From Macrostomum lignano (taxonomy: Eukaryota): a stretch of 64,000 nucleotides of DNA. A program made the position numbers and the translations under genes. This document shows positions 51,828 through 64,000 of the stretch, piece after piece. The notes beneath the pieces are model-generated. The model had not been told where the DNA came from, searched no databases, and saw nothing but the letters and a program-made list of their open reading frames with translations. The stretch is from contig NIVC01000349.1 in NCBI GenBank assembly GCA_002269645.1, forward strand, positions 62,001 through 126,000. The letters run 5' to 3'. Numbering within the stretch: position 1 is the stretch's first letter; each line of letters begins with the position of its first letter.

Positions 51828-52015
51828 NNNNNNNNNNNNNNNNNNNNNNNNNNNNNNNNNNNNNNNNNNNNNNNNNNNNNNNNNNNNNNNNNNNNNNNNN
51901 NNNNNNNNNNNNNNNNNNNNNNNNNNNNNNNNNNNNNNNNNNNNNNNNNNNNNNNNNNNNNNNNNNNNNNNNNNNNNNNNNNNNNNNNNNNNNNNNNNNN
52001 NNNNNNNNNNNNNNN
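51828..52015. other. Assembly gap (188 N)
   Basis: Run of N directly visible. Confidence 1.
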
Positions 52016-53646
52016 TTGAGCTACATGTAATCTTCCATATTGAGCTACATGCAATCTTCCATATTGAGCTACATGTAATCTTACATATTGAGCTACATGT
52101 AATCTTACATATTGAGCTACATGTAATCTTACATATTGAGCTACATGTAATCTTCCATATTGAGCTACATGCAATCTTCCATATTGAGCTACATGTAATC
52201 TTACATATTGAGCTACATGTATATTCCATATTGAGCTACATGTAATCTTCCACATTGAGCTACATGCAATCTTCCATATTGAGCTACATGTAATCTTCCA
52301 TATTGAGCTACATGTAATCTTCCATATTGAGCTACATGTAATCTTCCATATTGAGCTACATGTAATCTTCCATATTGAGCTACATGTAATCTTCCACATT
52401 GAGCTACATGTAATCTTACATATTGAGCTACATGTAATCTTACATATTGAGCTACATGTAATCTTCCATATTGAGCTACATGCAATCTTCCATATTGAGC
52501 ACATGTAATCTTACATATTGAGCTACATGTAATATCTCATATTGAGCTACATGTAATCTTCACATTGAGCTACATGCAATCTTCCATATTGAGCTACATG
52601 TAATCTTCCATATTAAGCTACATGTAATCTTCCATATTGAGCTACATGTAATCTTCCATATTGAGCTACATGTAATCTTCCATATTGAGCTACATGTAAT
52701 CTTCCACATTGAGCTACATGTAATCTTACATATTGAGCTACATGTAATCTTCCATTGAGCTACATGTAATCTTCCATATTGAGCTACATGTAATCTTCCA
52801 TATTGAGCTACATGTAATCTTCTCATATTCAGCTACATGTAATCTTCCATATTGAGCTACATGTAATCTTCCATATTGAGCTACATGTAATCTTCCACAT
52901 TGAGCTACATGTAATCTTCCATATTGAGCTACATGTAATCTTCCATATTGAGCTACATGTTGCATATTGAGCTACATGTAATCTTCCATATTGAGCTACA
53001 TGTAATCTTCCACATTGAGCTACAAGGCCTCAGAGAACAGCGCTGACTGTATTGAAGTGTTCTGAAACCAGCTAAGTAGTCAGTACGAGTAGTATATCAG
53101 CGCATATTTATTAGTTGTCAATGCAGATGCAGGTAAAAAACACAAAAGCTTCAATCCGCAGACAATGTCAATCACATTGGGAGGTGACAGTCCAGGTCGA
53201 GACAGACCGCATGGTTTGGGACAAAATCACCAAATGAATGAAGGAGTCGAACAGCAGGTACTGAAGGTGACACAAATACTGACAGACTGCAGTGCCATCC
53301 GGGGTGAAGGCAACCAACTCAGGAAATGAAAAAGCAAAACTGACAAGCAATTCCAATTCGTAAAAAAGGCAATAGCAGCAATTAATGGAATACTTTCCTT
53401 GGGACTGAAGAACTGCGTGAAAAAAAAGACGCACAAAACGCATGACTTACTACTTATAAAAAATTGTGAATCAGTAGTACATCACAATAAATAAATCAGT
53501 TCGATTATGCAACAGAGAAGATTGTTGGAACTGTGACTGGGGAATGAATGCAGATTAACTGGGGACTGGCTGGGACTGAAACTGGTTGTGGGGACTCGAG
53601 GCTGATCGGCTTTGATTGACAGGTGACTGAGCATTGCTTGAGGTGA

Positions 53647-55326
53647 TCAGCAATGGGAATTGGACTGATGCAGCACAGGGAAGCTTGCAGCCTCAGTGGG
53701 GTTTGGCATATAGACAGGGGAAAAGCGAGAGGCTGATGAGGAAGCTGGAGGCTGATGGGGAAGCTAGAGAGGCTGATGGAGAAGCTGGAGAGGCTGATGA
53801 GGAAGCTGGAGAGGCTGGTAGAGAAGCTGGAGAGGCTGATGGAGAAGCTGGAGAGGCTGATGGAGAAGCTGGAGAGGCTGATGGGGAAGCTGGAGAGGCT
53901 GATGGGGGAAGCTGGAGAGACTGATGGGGAAGCTGGAGAGGCTGATGGAGAGGCTGATGGAGAACTCCAAACGAGAGCCGCAGCCCTCATTTTTCCAGTC
54001 TTCATCTGCTGCGACGCCCTCCTCCGCGGCTGCAGCACCTTGTCGTGCCTGACGAACAGGCCGTGCCGGGCCCTGCACCTGAAGTACTTGACGCCCTTCA
54101 CCGAGCCGTCGTTGCGGCCCTCGGGCTGGTTTAGTTCCACCCCCACCCAGGTGCCCGCCGCGAACTGGGTGGGGCCGCAGAACCTCACGTGACCTGGCAG
54201 CTTCGCGCCCTGCGGCTGCTGCACCAGACACGGCTCGCCCGGCTTCAGCCAGGCTGGCGGCGCGGTGTCCACCTGCCGGAGCCGCTGAGGTCCTGTCGGG
54301 AGCCGAAGGCCGACGCGCTGTCGGAGAACTCCTCGTCACCACCTCCGCCGTTCGCGCCTTCTGGGCGGATCGCTTGGGGCTCTGCAGCAGGCGGGTGAGG
54401 CGGACAAGGCCTCGCCTTCGCCGGCCTCCGCGGCCTCCGGCGGCTGCTCCGCCGCGGTGCCCACCGGCGGGGCGGCGGCTGCGTCGGCGACGGAGCTTCC
54501 GGGGGCTCAGCGGGTTGCGGCTGCGAGGTCTCGAGGACTGCGGAGTCCACGGACTGCGGCACCTCCTGAGAGCGGCAGGTTTGACATCCCATCTGACTGA
54601 TTCCCCACTCAGATCCCATCTGATTGATTCCCCACTTCGATCCCATCTGACTGATTCCCACTCAGATCCCATCTGACTGATTCCCCACTCAGATCCCACC
54701 TGACCGAATCCCTCACATCCCACCTGATCGATTCCCTCACATCCCACCTGATCAATTCCCTCACACCACACCTGACCGATTCCCTCACATCCCACCTGAC
54801 CGATTCCCTCACATCCCACCTGACCGATTCCCTCATCTGACCGATTCCTTCACATCCCACCTGACCGATTCCCTTACATCCTCACCTGCTGCTGGAAGGC
54901 CGCCCACGAGGTGTCCCTGTCCAGGTACATGGACTGCGTCAGCTGTGCCTCTCCGACTTGCTCTTCCGCATCGCCCGCCGCAGTCCTCGTTGAAGGGATT
55001 CCGGCGCCGGCTGCCCCCGTCTCCGCCGTCGCTGTCTTCAGAGGCTGCGACGGCGCCGCGGTCGGGAAGTCCGCCTCGCCGAGGAAGTCGCCGCCGGGCC
55101 GCCGCGATGACCGCCGAAGTGGCGGCCTCCTCAGCCAGCGGCTTCATGGGAGTCAGCAGCAGCGAGGACCGCGAGATCAGCCCGCCTGCGCCTGCGCTGC
55201 CTCCTGCGCCACCGCCTCCGCTGCCTCCGGCTCCGCCAAGGACTCCGGCAGGGTGCGAGGACAGCGGGCTGATCAGGGGGTTCTTGGCCGCTGCTGACGC
55301 CGGGTTGGAAGGGAGCGGAGGGGGGG
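53647..55326 (-). pseudogene. KIF13: Third, inverted copy C of the last two KIF13 exons (54886-55326 and 53647-54565), many 1-bp indels
   Basis: Reverse complement of copy B; the CAP-Gly reads through in ORF 53505..54272 but upstream parts are frameshifted. Confidence 0.7.
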
Positions 55327-56013
55327 CTGCAGAGCTCTGACGTCTGACATTCACTAGTCATGCCGTCTGACATCCACTGACATTCACCAGTCATGCCGTC
55401 TGACATCCACTGACATTCACCAGTCATGCCGTCTGACATCCACTGACATTCACCAGTCATGCCGTCTGACATCCACTGACATTCACCAGTCATGCCGTCT
55501 GACATCCACTGACATTCACCAGTCATGCCGTCTGACATCCACTGACATTCACCAGTCATGCTGTCTGACATCCACTGACATTCTTGACATTTGCTTTTGG
55601 CACCCAGCTCAAATCTTTCCTTTCACACCTTTCTTTTCACACCCTCCCTCCCACACTCTCCCTCCCACACTCTCCTTTTTACACTCTCCCTCTCACACTC
55701 TCCCTCTCACACCTCCCTCTCACTCGCATTTCAGCAAGCCACAAACTTTCATAACAAAGAATAGCAAGAGCAATGAAAAACGGAAAATGTTTGTAACATA
55801 AACTAACAAATAAAGGTCAAGTTACTGAAAAGCGCGTAAATGTGTACATATTTAGCCTACTGGCCATAAGTAGCATAGCGCGCTTCTAAGTTTTCAGTCT
55901 GAGACCTGAACGGGAAGGGAGTTGGGATTCCCTACCTTCCGCATGCTGCACTGCTACTCACAGTAGTAAGCACCTGATACAAGAGTTGTCAGTTCATGCG
56001 GCATGCTAAAATA

Positions 56014-59000
56014 CGAGCTAGATGGAGGAGCGGAGGTCTGGAGAAGCGGCAGAGCCGACCCCGGCGAGTCGGAAGGCGGTGCAGTGTTTTTTGTCGAGAG
56101 TGGGGCCATATCTCATCAAAGTGTCCCAAGAAGACCAGCCAGACAAGTGGAAACGGGAAATCGCCAGTACGATGTCACAAGTGCAACGGTGAAGGCCACC
56201 TATCCTTCAAGTGTCCAAAGTCGGGAAATGGGCCGAGGGGACCGACCGGGGAGAGTCTCCCAGGAGCGAGGAACCGGTGTTGCTCACTAACCCTGTAAAT
56301 AAATCCAAGTGCGTCTCTGGTGATGGGAATTCAAAAAGCAACCTGGTTCAAGAGGCGTGTTCGTCGGTCTCAACGGAGTCCTTGACAGTTTTTAGTTCCG
56401 GTGCGGTTTCCGGCAAGCCAGTGGCTCTGCTGTTAGACAGTGGTGCAAGTGTGTCAGTGCTGAGCTGGGATGTTTTCCTGAGGCTGCCGCAAGAGGTGAG
56501 GGAGAGACTGACTGGAATGGACGGTTCCCTTTTAACGGCCAATGGAGGTGCGATGAGGATGAGAGGCTGCATTGTGCTGGACGTGGAGATTGGCGGCGAG
56601 CGGTGGTCAGCGAATTTTTTTGTAGTGGATGATTGCGTTATGACGTAATCCTCGGGTCCGAATTTTTCAAACAGCATCGTTGCGTCATCCACTATTCCGA
56701 GTTTGTCTTTCGAGTTGGTGATGTTAAAGTTCCAATACGGCAGAAAGGCGAGCTGCTTGTGGTGTGTCGAATAAAAGCCGATACAACGGTATTTCTGGAA
56801 CCTGCGCAAGAAGTGATCATGTCAGCCAGGGTGCAGAAAAAGGGCGCAAGAAACTGCGGATCGGTTGGCATAACGGAAGAAAAGCCGTGAAGGCCGCTGA
56901 GAAGGAGTTGGCGCTGGCCCGAGCTCTGGTAGCGCCCGGCGAGGATGGACGGCTGCCGACGAGATTGCTGAATACATCCAGTTGTAGAATGAGGGTCAAG
57001 AAGGGAGAGACGATTGGCTGGTTTATTCCTTTGGAACCGAACGGAGGTGTCAACGTAGTGCGCTTGGACGAGAGGCCAAGAATGAAACGGAAGCATGGAA
57101 CCCGATCGAAGAATTCTGTGAGTGGGGTTCGTGTGGCCTGTCGGAGGAGGAGGAAGCCGACTTCAGAGAGCTGTTTTCCCAACATCGGGCTGTCTTTGCT
57201 AAGGACTCCAAGGATCTCGGCTGTACGACCGTGATGAAGCACGAGATCGACACTAGTGATGCCAGGCCTGTGAAGGAAGCGGCGAGACGGATTCCCCCGT
57301 ACCTGCGGCAGGAAGTGGACAAGGAGTTGGACGACTTGTTGGAAGCTGGAAGAATCAGCGAGGTCCAGTCCCCATGGTGCTCTCCAGTGGTGTGCGTGAA
57401 AAAGAAGGACGGTTCACTGAGGTTCTGTTGTGACTACCGGAAACTGAATGAAGTGACCAAGAAGGATGCAGTGCTTTTGCCTAGGACAGATGACCTGTTG
57501 GAGAGCCTAGGCGGTGCCAAGATTTTTTCGACCATAGACATGCAGTCGGGATACTGGCAGATGGCGGTGGAACCCAGCGACAGACTAAAGACGGCCTTTG
57601 GCGTTTCACACCGGGTGCAGCAGTACGCCTGGAACGTTATGCCATTTGGATTGACGAATGTGCCGGCTTCATTCAGCCGACTAATAAATGTAGTGTTGGG
57701 GAAGTTGTGCTCGAAGTTGTTTGGTGTATCTGGACGACCTGCTAGTGTGGTCAAGAACGGTGGAGGAGCACCTGGAGCGGCTGCAAACGGTTTTTCGTCG
57801 GTTGCGAGCAGGGAACATCAAATTGAAGCCGAAAAAGTGCGCATTCTTGTTGAAGTCAGTGACTTTCCTTGGACACGTAGTGTCAGCTGATGGAATCACC
57901 ACGAGTTCAGAAAAGATTGCTGAAATTCGTGACTGGCCAACGCCGAAGAATGCCAAGGAAGTAAGGTATTACCGGCAGTTTATCGCAGATTTTTCCCGCA
58001 TTGCTGAGCCGATGCTGCGACGGACCCGACAGGATTGCCCGTGGAGCTGGGATGAAGAGTGACAAGCCGCATTCGAGGCCCTGAAAGTTTGCAGGGATCG
58101 GAGGTCATGGCGTTTCCAAACTTTGCGGAGGACGCTGGAGAATTCGTTTTAGACACGGACGGTAGCACAAAAGAAGGAATTAGCGCTGTGCTTTCACAAG
58201 TGCAGAAATATGGAAGTGAGAAGTAATAGCTTACGGGAGCAGGACGTTGTCGCGAGAAGAACGGAATTACTGCACGACACTAGTCGAGTTGCTGGCCGTG
58301 GTGTTTTTCGTACAGAAGTTTCGTTATTACCTGATGGGGCGAGAGTTTCTAGTGCGCACCGATCACAGCAGCTTGAAGTGGCTGCATTCGCTGCGGGACG
58401 TAGAAGGACAGCTGGCCAGATGGCTAGAGCTCTTGGCACCGTACAAGTATCGCATCGAACATCGTTCTGGAGTCAAACATCAACACGCAGACGCTCTCTC
58501 CAGGAAGCCACGTCGGCGCCATCAAAGAAGCGAGAGTTGTCCCGGATGTGCACAAGAGCAGATCGGCGTGAACGCGTTGGGATTACAGAGGTGGACCTCG
58601 GAGGAGATCAGGGAGAGCCAGAAGATGGACAGCGACATTCGTCAGGCGATGGAGCTGCTGGCACACGGCGACGGAGAGATTACCGAAGAGCATTTGCGAC
58701 GCATCTCACCGACGGCAAGGAGGATTGTCGAAAGACGTCGTGACCTTGAGGTGTCAGACAGTGAGGTGCTGCTGTGTCATACGGGCAGTGGACGTCACCC
58801 GCAAGTGGTGTTGCCACGGAATATGCTGAGAGCGGTGCTGGAAGAGGCTCATGCCAGACGGAGTGGAGGGCACGTCGGGATTTTCAAGACCAAGGAGAAG
58901 GTGCAGCAATCGTTCTGGAGGCCTGGACTTGGCCGCGAGGTCGAAGAGCACGTAAAAGCCTGTTTGGACTGCACCAAGGCCAAGACTGGCAAGAGACCGG

Positions 59001-60118
59001 TTGCACCGATGGAGCCGATTCCGAGTTCAAGCCCATTCGATATCAAGATGACGGACGTCATCGGGCCGCTGCCACGGAGCAAGAAAGGAAACTTCTATAT
59101 CCTCACGGTGCAAGATGCGTTCTCAAAGTGGCCAGACGCTTATGCCATCCGGAACCAGAAGGCGACAACGATTGCAAGAGTGCTATTCGAACGCTGGATT
59201 GCCAATCACGGGTGCTCCCGGGTACTTCACTCGGACCAAGGAAGGAACTTTGAGTCGGGGATCGTCAGGAAGCTGTGCGAGCTGTTGGGTGTAAAGAAGA
59301 CCAGGACGAGCGCCTACCACCCGAGTGGCAACAGACAGGTGGAACGATTTAACGGGTTCCTGAAGAAAAGTTTGCGCACGTATCTGGTAGAGAAGGGTCA
59401 GAACGCCTGGGAGGAGTACCTGCCAAGTGCCTTGATGGCTTATCGATCGACGGTCCAGGCGTCCACCGGTTACACGCCCTGCTACATGCTGCATGGTCAG
59501 GAGATGCTGCTGGGATTCGAACCAGAGGACCTTAGGCAAAAGACGGACAGCTATCCCTCGTTTGTGCAAGAGATCCAGCAGAACCTGCTTCATGCCCATG
59601 AACACGTTCGAGAAGGTCGCGAGACGGTTCAGCGACGACAGAAAATGAACTACGATCGGAAAGTGAAGGGCAAGGCGATTCAGAAGGGTGACACTGTCTT
59701 GCTGTACTATCCGTGCTTGGAGGTGGGAGAGAAAAGCAAGTTTCATATCAACTGGCGCGGCCCAGTGAATGTCCTGGAGAAGCTGTCAGACGCGTTGTAC
59801 CGGGTCCAGGACCCGAGGAATCCAAATGCAAGTGCAAGGTGGTACACTACAATAACCTTAGACTGTGTGCCGAGGAGCAGAAGGGAGACTGTCAACCGGG
59901 TGGCATGATGAAGCGGCAGGACACGAGGAACAAGAAGCAGAAGAGTCAGAAACCAGCACCTTACCCGAAGGAACGGAGGGGAGTGGAACAGGATGAGAAT
60001 GCTGAGAAGGACGACGACGAGGACGACATCTTCTGGCTGGTGCAACGGTTCTCCACCGTCAAGAGGTGCCAAGCGGGCGGCCATCCGGCCGGCAAAGAGA
60101 GAACCGGGGGGGGGGGGT
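56014..60118 (+). mobile_element. Decayed Ty3/Gypsy internal region, copy 2
   Basis: Reverse complement of 40071-44178 with shared lesions plus extra 1-bp indels. Confidence 0.93.
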
Positions 60119-63100
60119 GGGAGAGAGGCTCGCGAACATAGTGTAAAAGCTATGTTTCGTGGGCAAACCTTCTCCTATCAGAGTGGCTCTGGACCGACCA
60201 CACAGAGCACCTCCCTAAACAATATCAAGGTCAAAAACCCGATGAAAACGAGAATGGAGAAGAACGGAAGAGAGACAGAGACGGAAAACAGACGCACCGC
60301 AGAAGTCATCTTTCGCCTGCAATCGATCGAGAAGAACCCCGGACCAAGAACACAAGGCCAGAAGGCCGCGAGAAACAAACGCCGTAAACGAAAGCGGGAG
60401 GATGACCGCAGGAAAAAAACAGACAGGCGTAGACTAAGGGCCACCGAACGCTGGTCGAACAGCAAGATCGAAGTAGCAACCTGGAACACACAGAGGGCCA
60501 ACATCGGATCAGCCAGATTCGGCGAAATGGTAAAAGTTGCCTTGGAAAAATGGGACATTACGTTAATGACAGAACTAAACACAAAGGGCGTAGGAATAAG
60601 AAAGTTCCACCATCTGAAGCAAGACGCCTACTTAGTTCACTCCCATAAGGTTGGAATCCTGTTAAGCAACACCGCATGGACTCTGTGGGACGCCAGCGGA
60701 CGAAAAATACATCCGGCCGAGCGCACCCTGGCGATCGAAATCGACAAAGTCACCCTGATGGCGGTCTACCATCCGTTCAAGGGAAGTGAGAACTACGAAA
60801 CCGACCTGGAAACTATCCGCACCGAGATCGAACGCATCAAACATACGGTTGCTAAAAGATCACTACTTTTAATCGGAGGCGATGTCAACTTGAGCATAGG
60901 CAGAGACCAGAACAGAAATTTCGTCAGCACCGGCAAGTTCGGCATCGGAGACACGAATGACCAAGGAATAGATATGCTAGCGTGGATGGAGAGCCTGAAC
61001 CTAGTGTGGGCAAGCTCCTTCTACCAGCAAAACGAACGTGGCACATGGAAAAACCCGGCCTCAAAGCGCTGGTACGAGCTCGACGGTTTCATACTGAAGA
61101 AAGAACAAAGGCAACGAATCGTCCAACGGATCAGAACGGACCATGGATCCTCACTCTCTGACCATCTGCCAAAAGTACTGACTCTGCACCGGCAGTTCGC
61201 CGAGCGGTACTGCGCACCGAACAAGCACTATCCACAAAACACAAAAAAGAGAGAGAACATCACCTGGGAACGGCTGCGAGTCACTCAAGTGCAGGAAGAG
61301 TACAAAAAAGCAACCAGTGAGGCCTGGGAGAAGCTCAAAAGACCAACCAACAGTGAAACCGAGAACCGAACAGCGCCCGACCCACCGTGGCAGGAAGTCG
61401 AAAGGGAAGTCCTCGAAGCCGCCAAGCGTATCTGTGGAGTGAAAAGCAGGCAAACTAACTGCTGGCTTATCGGACATGAACAGGAATTACAACAACTAAA
61501 CCGAGCAATTGCCGAAGCATTGGCCCAACGCAACAGCACGCGGAAGGACCCAGAAGAACACTAGTCGCAATACAACACAATGCGGGCAGAGCAGGCTAAG
61601 GAGCACATTAAAAATTGCAGAAAAGCACAAAAAACAAGCTCCAGGAATGGGAGGATCAATTGTGGACAGGTATAGCGGAAGAGTGCAGACATAACTGTGA
61701 GATCGGCAACACCGGAGGAATGTATGAATGCCTAAGAAAAATTGGGAAGGCCAGCAACCCGAACATCAACAACGGGAAAACGCTCCCAATGTTCTCGGCC
61801 GAAGCTTTTAAAGACCACCTAGCGCTTGTCCAGAACCAACGTTTCGAAAACGACCCGGAGACCATGTTCTCCCTCCTGCGCAGCGCGCCAGGACCAACGG
61901 GTGATGGTGTATCGCTACACCGCGCGAACGAAGAAATAGACAAAGATCTTCTCGACAGCGAGATCGAAACGGAACTTAGAAAGATCAGGGACGGCGCGCC
62001 GGAGGAGGACGGAATCCGAATCCGATACCTCACCGGAGCCTGCAGGGAGGTCCGTGCAGCGTTGCGATCAGAAATCCACCGACTGTGGCAAACACCAGCC
62101 CCATAGTGGGACGACCAGGAGAAGACCGGCCTAATAATCCCGCTGCACAAAAAGGGCGACCGGTCCAACCTCAACAACTTTCGCGGCATCTGCCTTCTAC
62201 CAAGCGTCAGTAGGATCATCGCTTGAATCCTAGCAACCCGTGTAGGGACCTGGGCCGAGCAGATTGGCATCCTGGACGAGAACCAAGCCGGTTTCCACAA
62301 AGGCCGCTCCACGATGGACCCCACACAAGTTCTACTGAGGCTAAACGAGGACGCGGAAAAGCTGCGGGACAGCCCAGACTTTGTGGATTCCATGAACGGT
62401 GAGATAACGCTCCTCGATCTGCGAAAGGCGTACCCTCGGGTTAACAAACCAGCATTGTGGGAACTGCTGAAGCATTACAACATGCCCGACCGTGTCATCG
62501 CGAAGCCCCGCGACCTGCACGAGCACACCATGTACAAGGTGATGTCCGACAAAGAAGTCAGTACCGGCTTCTTCCCTCAACGAGGCCTCCGAGAAGGCTG
62601 CGCTACCTCACCTACACTGTTCAACGTTTACCACCAAGCAATCATCCGCCTCGCAGAGACGAAACGTGCCGAAAGAGCCACGGCTATCGGACTCGAGCAT
62701 GATATACGGTGGACTACACGCTCTGGGCACAGTTTACCACCCCAACGTGTCAACATCTACAACGAGGAAACCACAGAGGTGAACATCTCCATATCGCTGT
62801 TCGCGGACGACACGACGATCATTGGCACAAGAGCTGAGTGCCAGCTCGGCACACAGACCGTAAAGGAAATAATGGGCACGCTGGAAGAACGCACTAACGA
62901 CGACAAGGAAGAACATGCGGTCTTAGGAACTGAAGAGGCTAAGAAAATCCGAATGCTCGGGACCTGGCTGGGAAGAAAAGAAGACCTAGGCCAGAGACTG
63001 CAAAGGGGGGCCAGAGCGTGGGCGGGCGTGCGCAACATGCTACGCCGCACTCGACTGAGCAAGAAGACCCAAGCCAGAGTGGTCGAGGCCTGCGTTGAGA

Positions 63101-63243
63101 GCACGATGCTTTTCAACGCCGGAGCGCGCCCTTTCCAAAAAGGAGAAATTCGCAAACTGCAACAAGCAATGGATCGGCGGTATCGAACAATATGGAGTAG
63201 CAAGTCGAAACCACCGCTGATCGAAATGGAGGTCGATCGGGAC
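60119..63243 (+). mobile_element. Decayed APE-RT LINE (RTE-like), copy 2, longer but still 3'-truncated
   Basis: Same as copy 1 and continues through LFADDT and MLGTWL to WSSKSKPPLIEME. TAG stops at 61562 and 62104 and a TGA at ~62224 are shared with copy 1. Confidence 0.9.
60323..60346 (+). other. 2A-like ribosomal skipping motif SIEKNPGP (second copy at 39843-39866, - strand)
   Basis: AEVIFRLQSIEKNPGP lies ~40 codons upstream of the APE domain. Matches the ExNPGP core; the canonical D is replaced by S. Confidence 0.6.
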
Positions 63244-64000
63244 TGACAGAAACTGAACAAAGCTGCTGTTGCTCCGAGTCAGCCTGAAGTACATGGTCCA
63301 CTCTGCTGTGTTCCAAATCGACTCATTGAATGCCACGGGAGCTCCGACATTGTAGAACTCCCCATAACTGGCACTGAAATTCTGCTTGAAGCAGGCCCCC
63401 TCCTCTGCCGACCTCTCCACGCCGAACTGGTCCTCGATGGCGAAGGTACGCGGGTACACCAGGTTGTCGAGGCCCCTCCTGAAGTCGAACGCAGCCACGA
63501 GGTCGCCAACCTGCGCCTCCGTCTTGCACACGAACCTGTGCCTGCTGTGGCACCTGTCACTGCGCAGTCGACCAGCTGACAGCGTGACGCAGTTCACAGT
63601 CCAGTCCGCACTGTCCGGGTGTCCAGTCTCCCATGCGGGCAGCTTGTTGTCGTGTTTCCCTAAGAAATCCGTCCACTGGTAGCAGAGCTCGCGACCCGCA
63701 CTGTCAGGGAAGCAGGGGTTCAGCTTGATGAGGCCGAGCCACACCGAGTCGAGCAGCTCTGCCGACTCGCAGCTGTCGATTCCGAAGCTGAGCTTGTTCA
63801 CAAAGTCCAGCTCAGACTGGGTGAGTACCGACGCCAGCTGCGACGAGTTTCGCTGGCAGTAGAAGTTGGCCTCGTTGAAGTTGGCCTCAAACTGCGGCAT
63901 CACGTAGCACTGCTCGTCGTGCAGCCACCAGCCGCTGGGACATCGGCCCTTCGACCGCCACCACAAGTCGACGAGACTGCTGGAGTTGGCGCTCAACTTG
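63244..64000 (-). CDS. C-type lectin domain protein, partial (enters from the window edge, breaks off at the LINE junction)
   Basis: CPSGWWLHDEQCY...ANFYCQRNSSQLASV...VWLGL...YQWTD...WETGHPD...NCV...DRCHSRHRFVCK is a canonical CTLD Cys/Trp pattern. Confidence 0.85.

Overview
Eukaryotic (animal) genomic DNA. The minisatellite-packed introns, TTAGGG tract and multi-copy structure resemble the flatworm Macrostomum, but that is inference only. 223-35.5k (+) holds the 3' majority of a kinesin-3 KIF13/Khc-73-type gene (motor, FHA, stalk, CAP-Gly). I reconstructed 12 exons with GT-AG junctions whose phases chain consistently, and almost every intron is filled by its own tandem array. The last two exons plus 3' flank occur three times: copy A (32972-37262, homopolymer frameshifts), copy B (44179-48027, intact) and inverted copy C (52016-56013). 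B and C each abut the same decayed composite retroelement: an LTR-less Ty3/Gypsy gag-PR-RT-RH-IN segment running directly into an APE-RT LINE whose ORF carries a 2A-like SIEKNPGP motif. 37526-48027 and 52016-62663 form a ~10.5-kb inverted duplication around a ~4-kb spacer containing (TTAGGG)8, Helitron-like pieces and a 188-N assembly gap, so part of this architecture may be an assembly artefact. A C-type lectin domain gene (- strand) enters from the right edge and breaks off at the LINE junction. An 850-bp insert flanked by a 349-bp direct repeat, containing a structured-looking diverged dimer, sits in a KIF13 intron.
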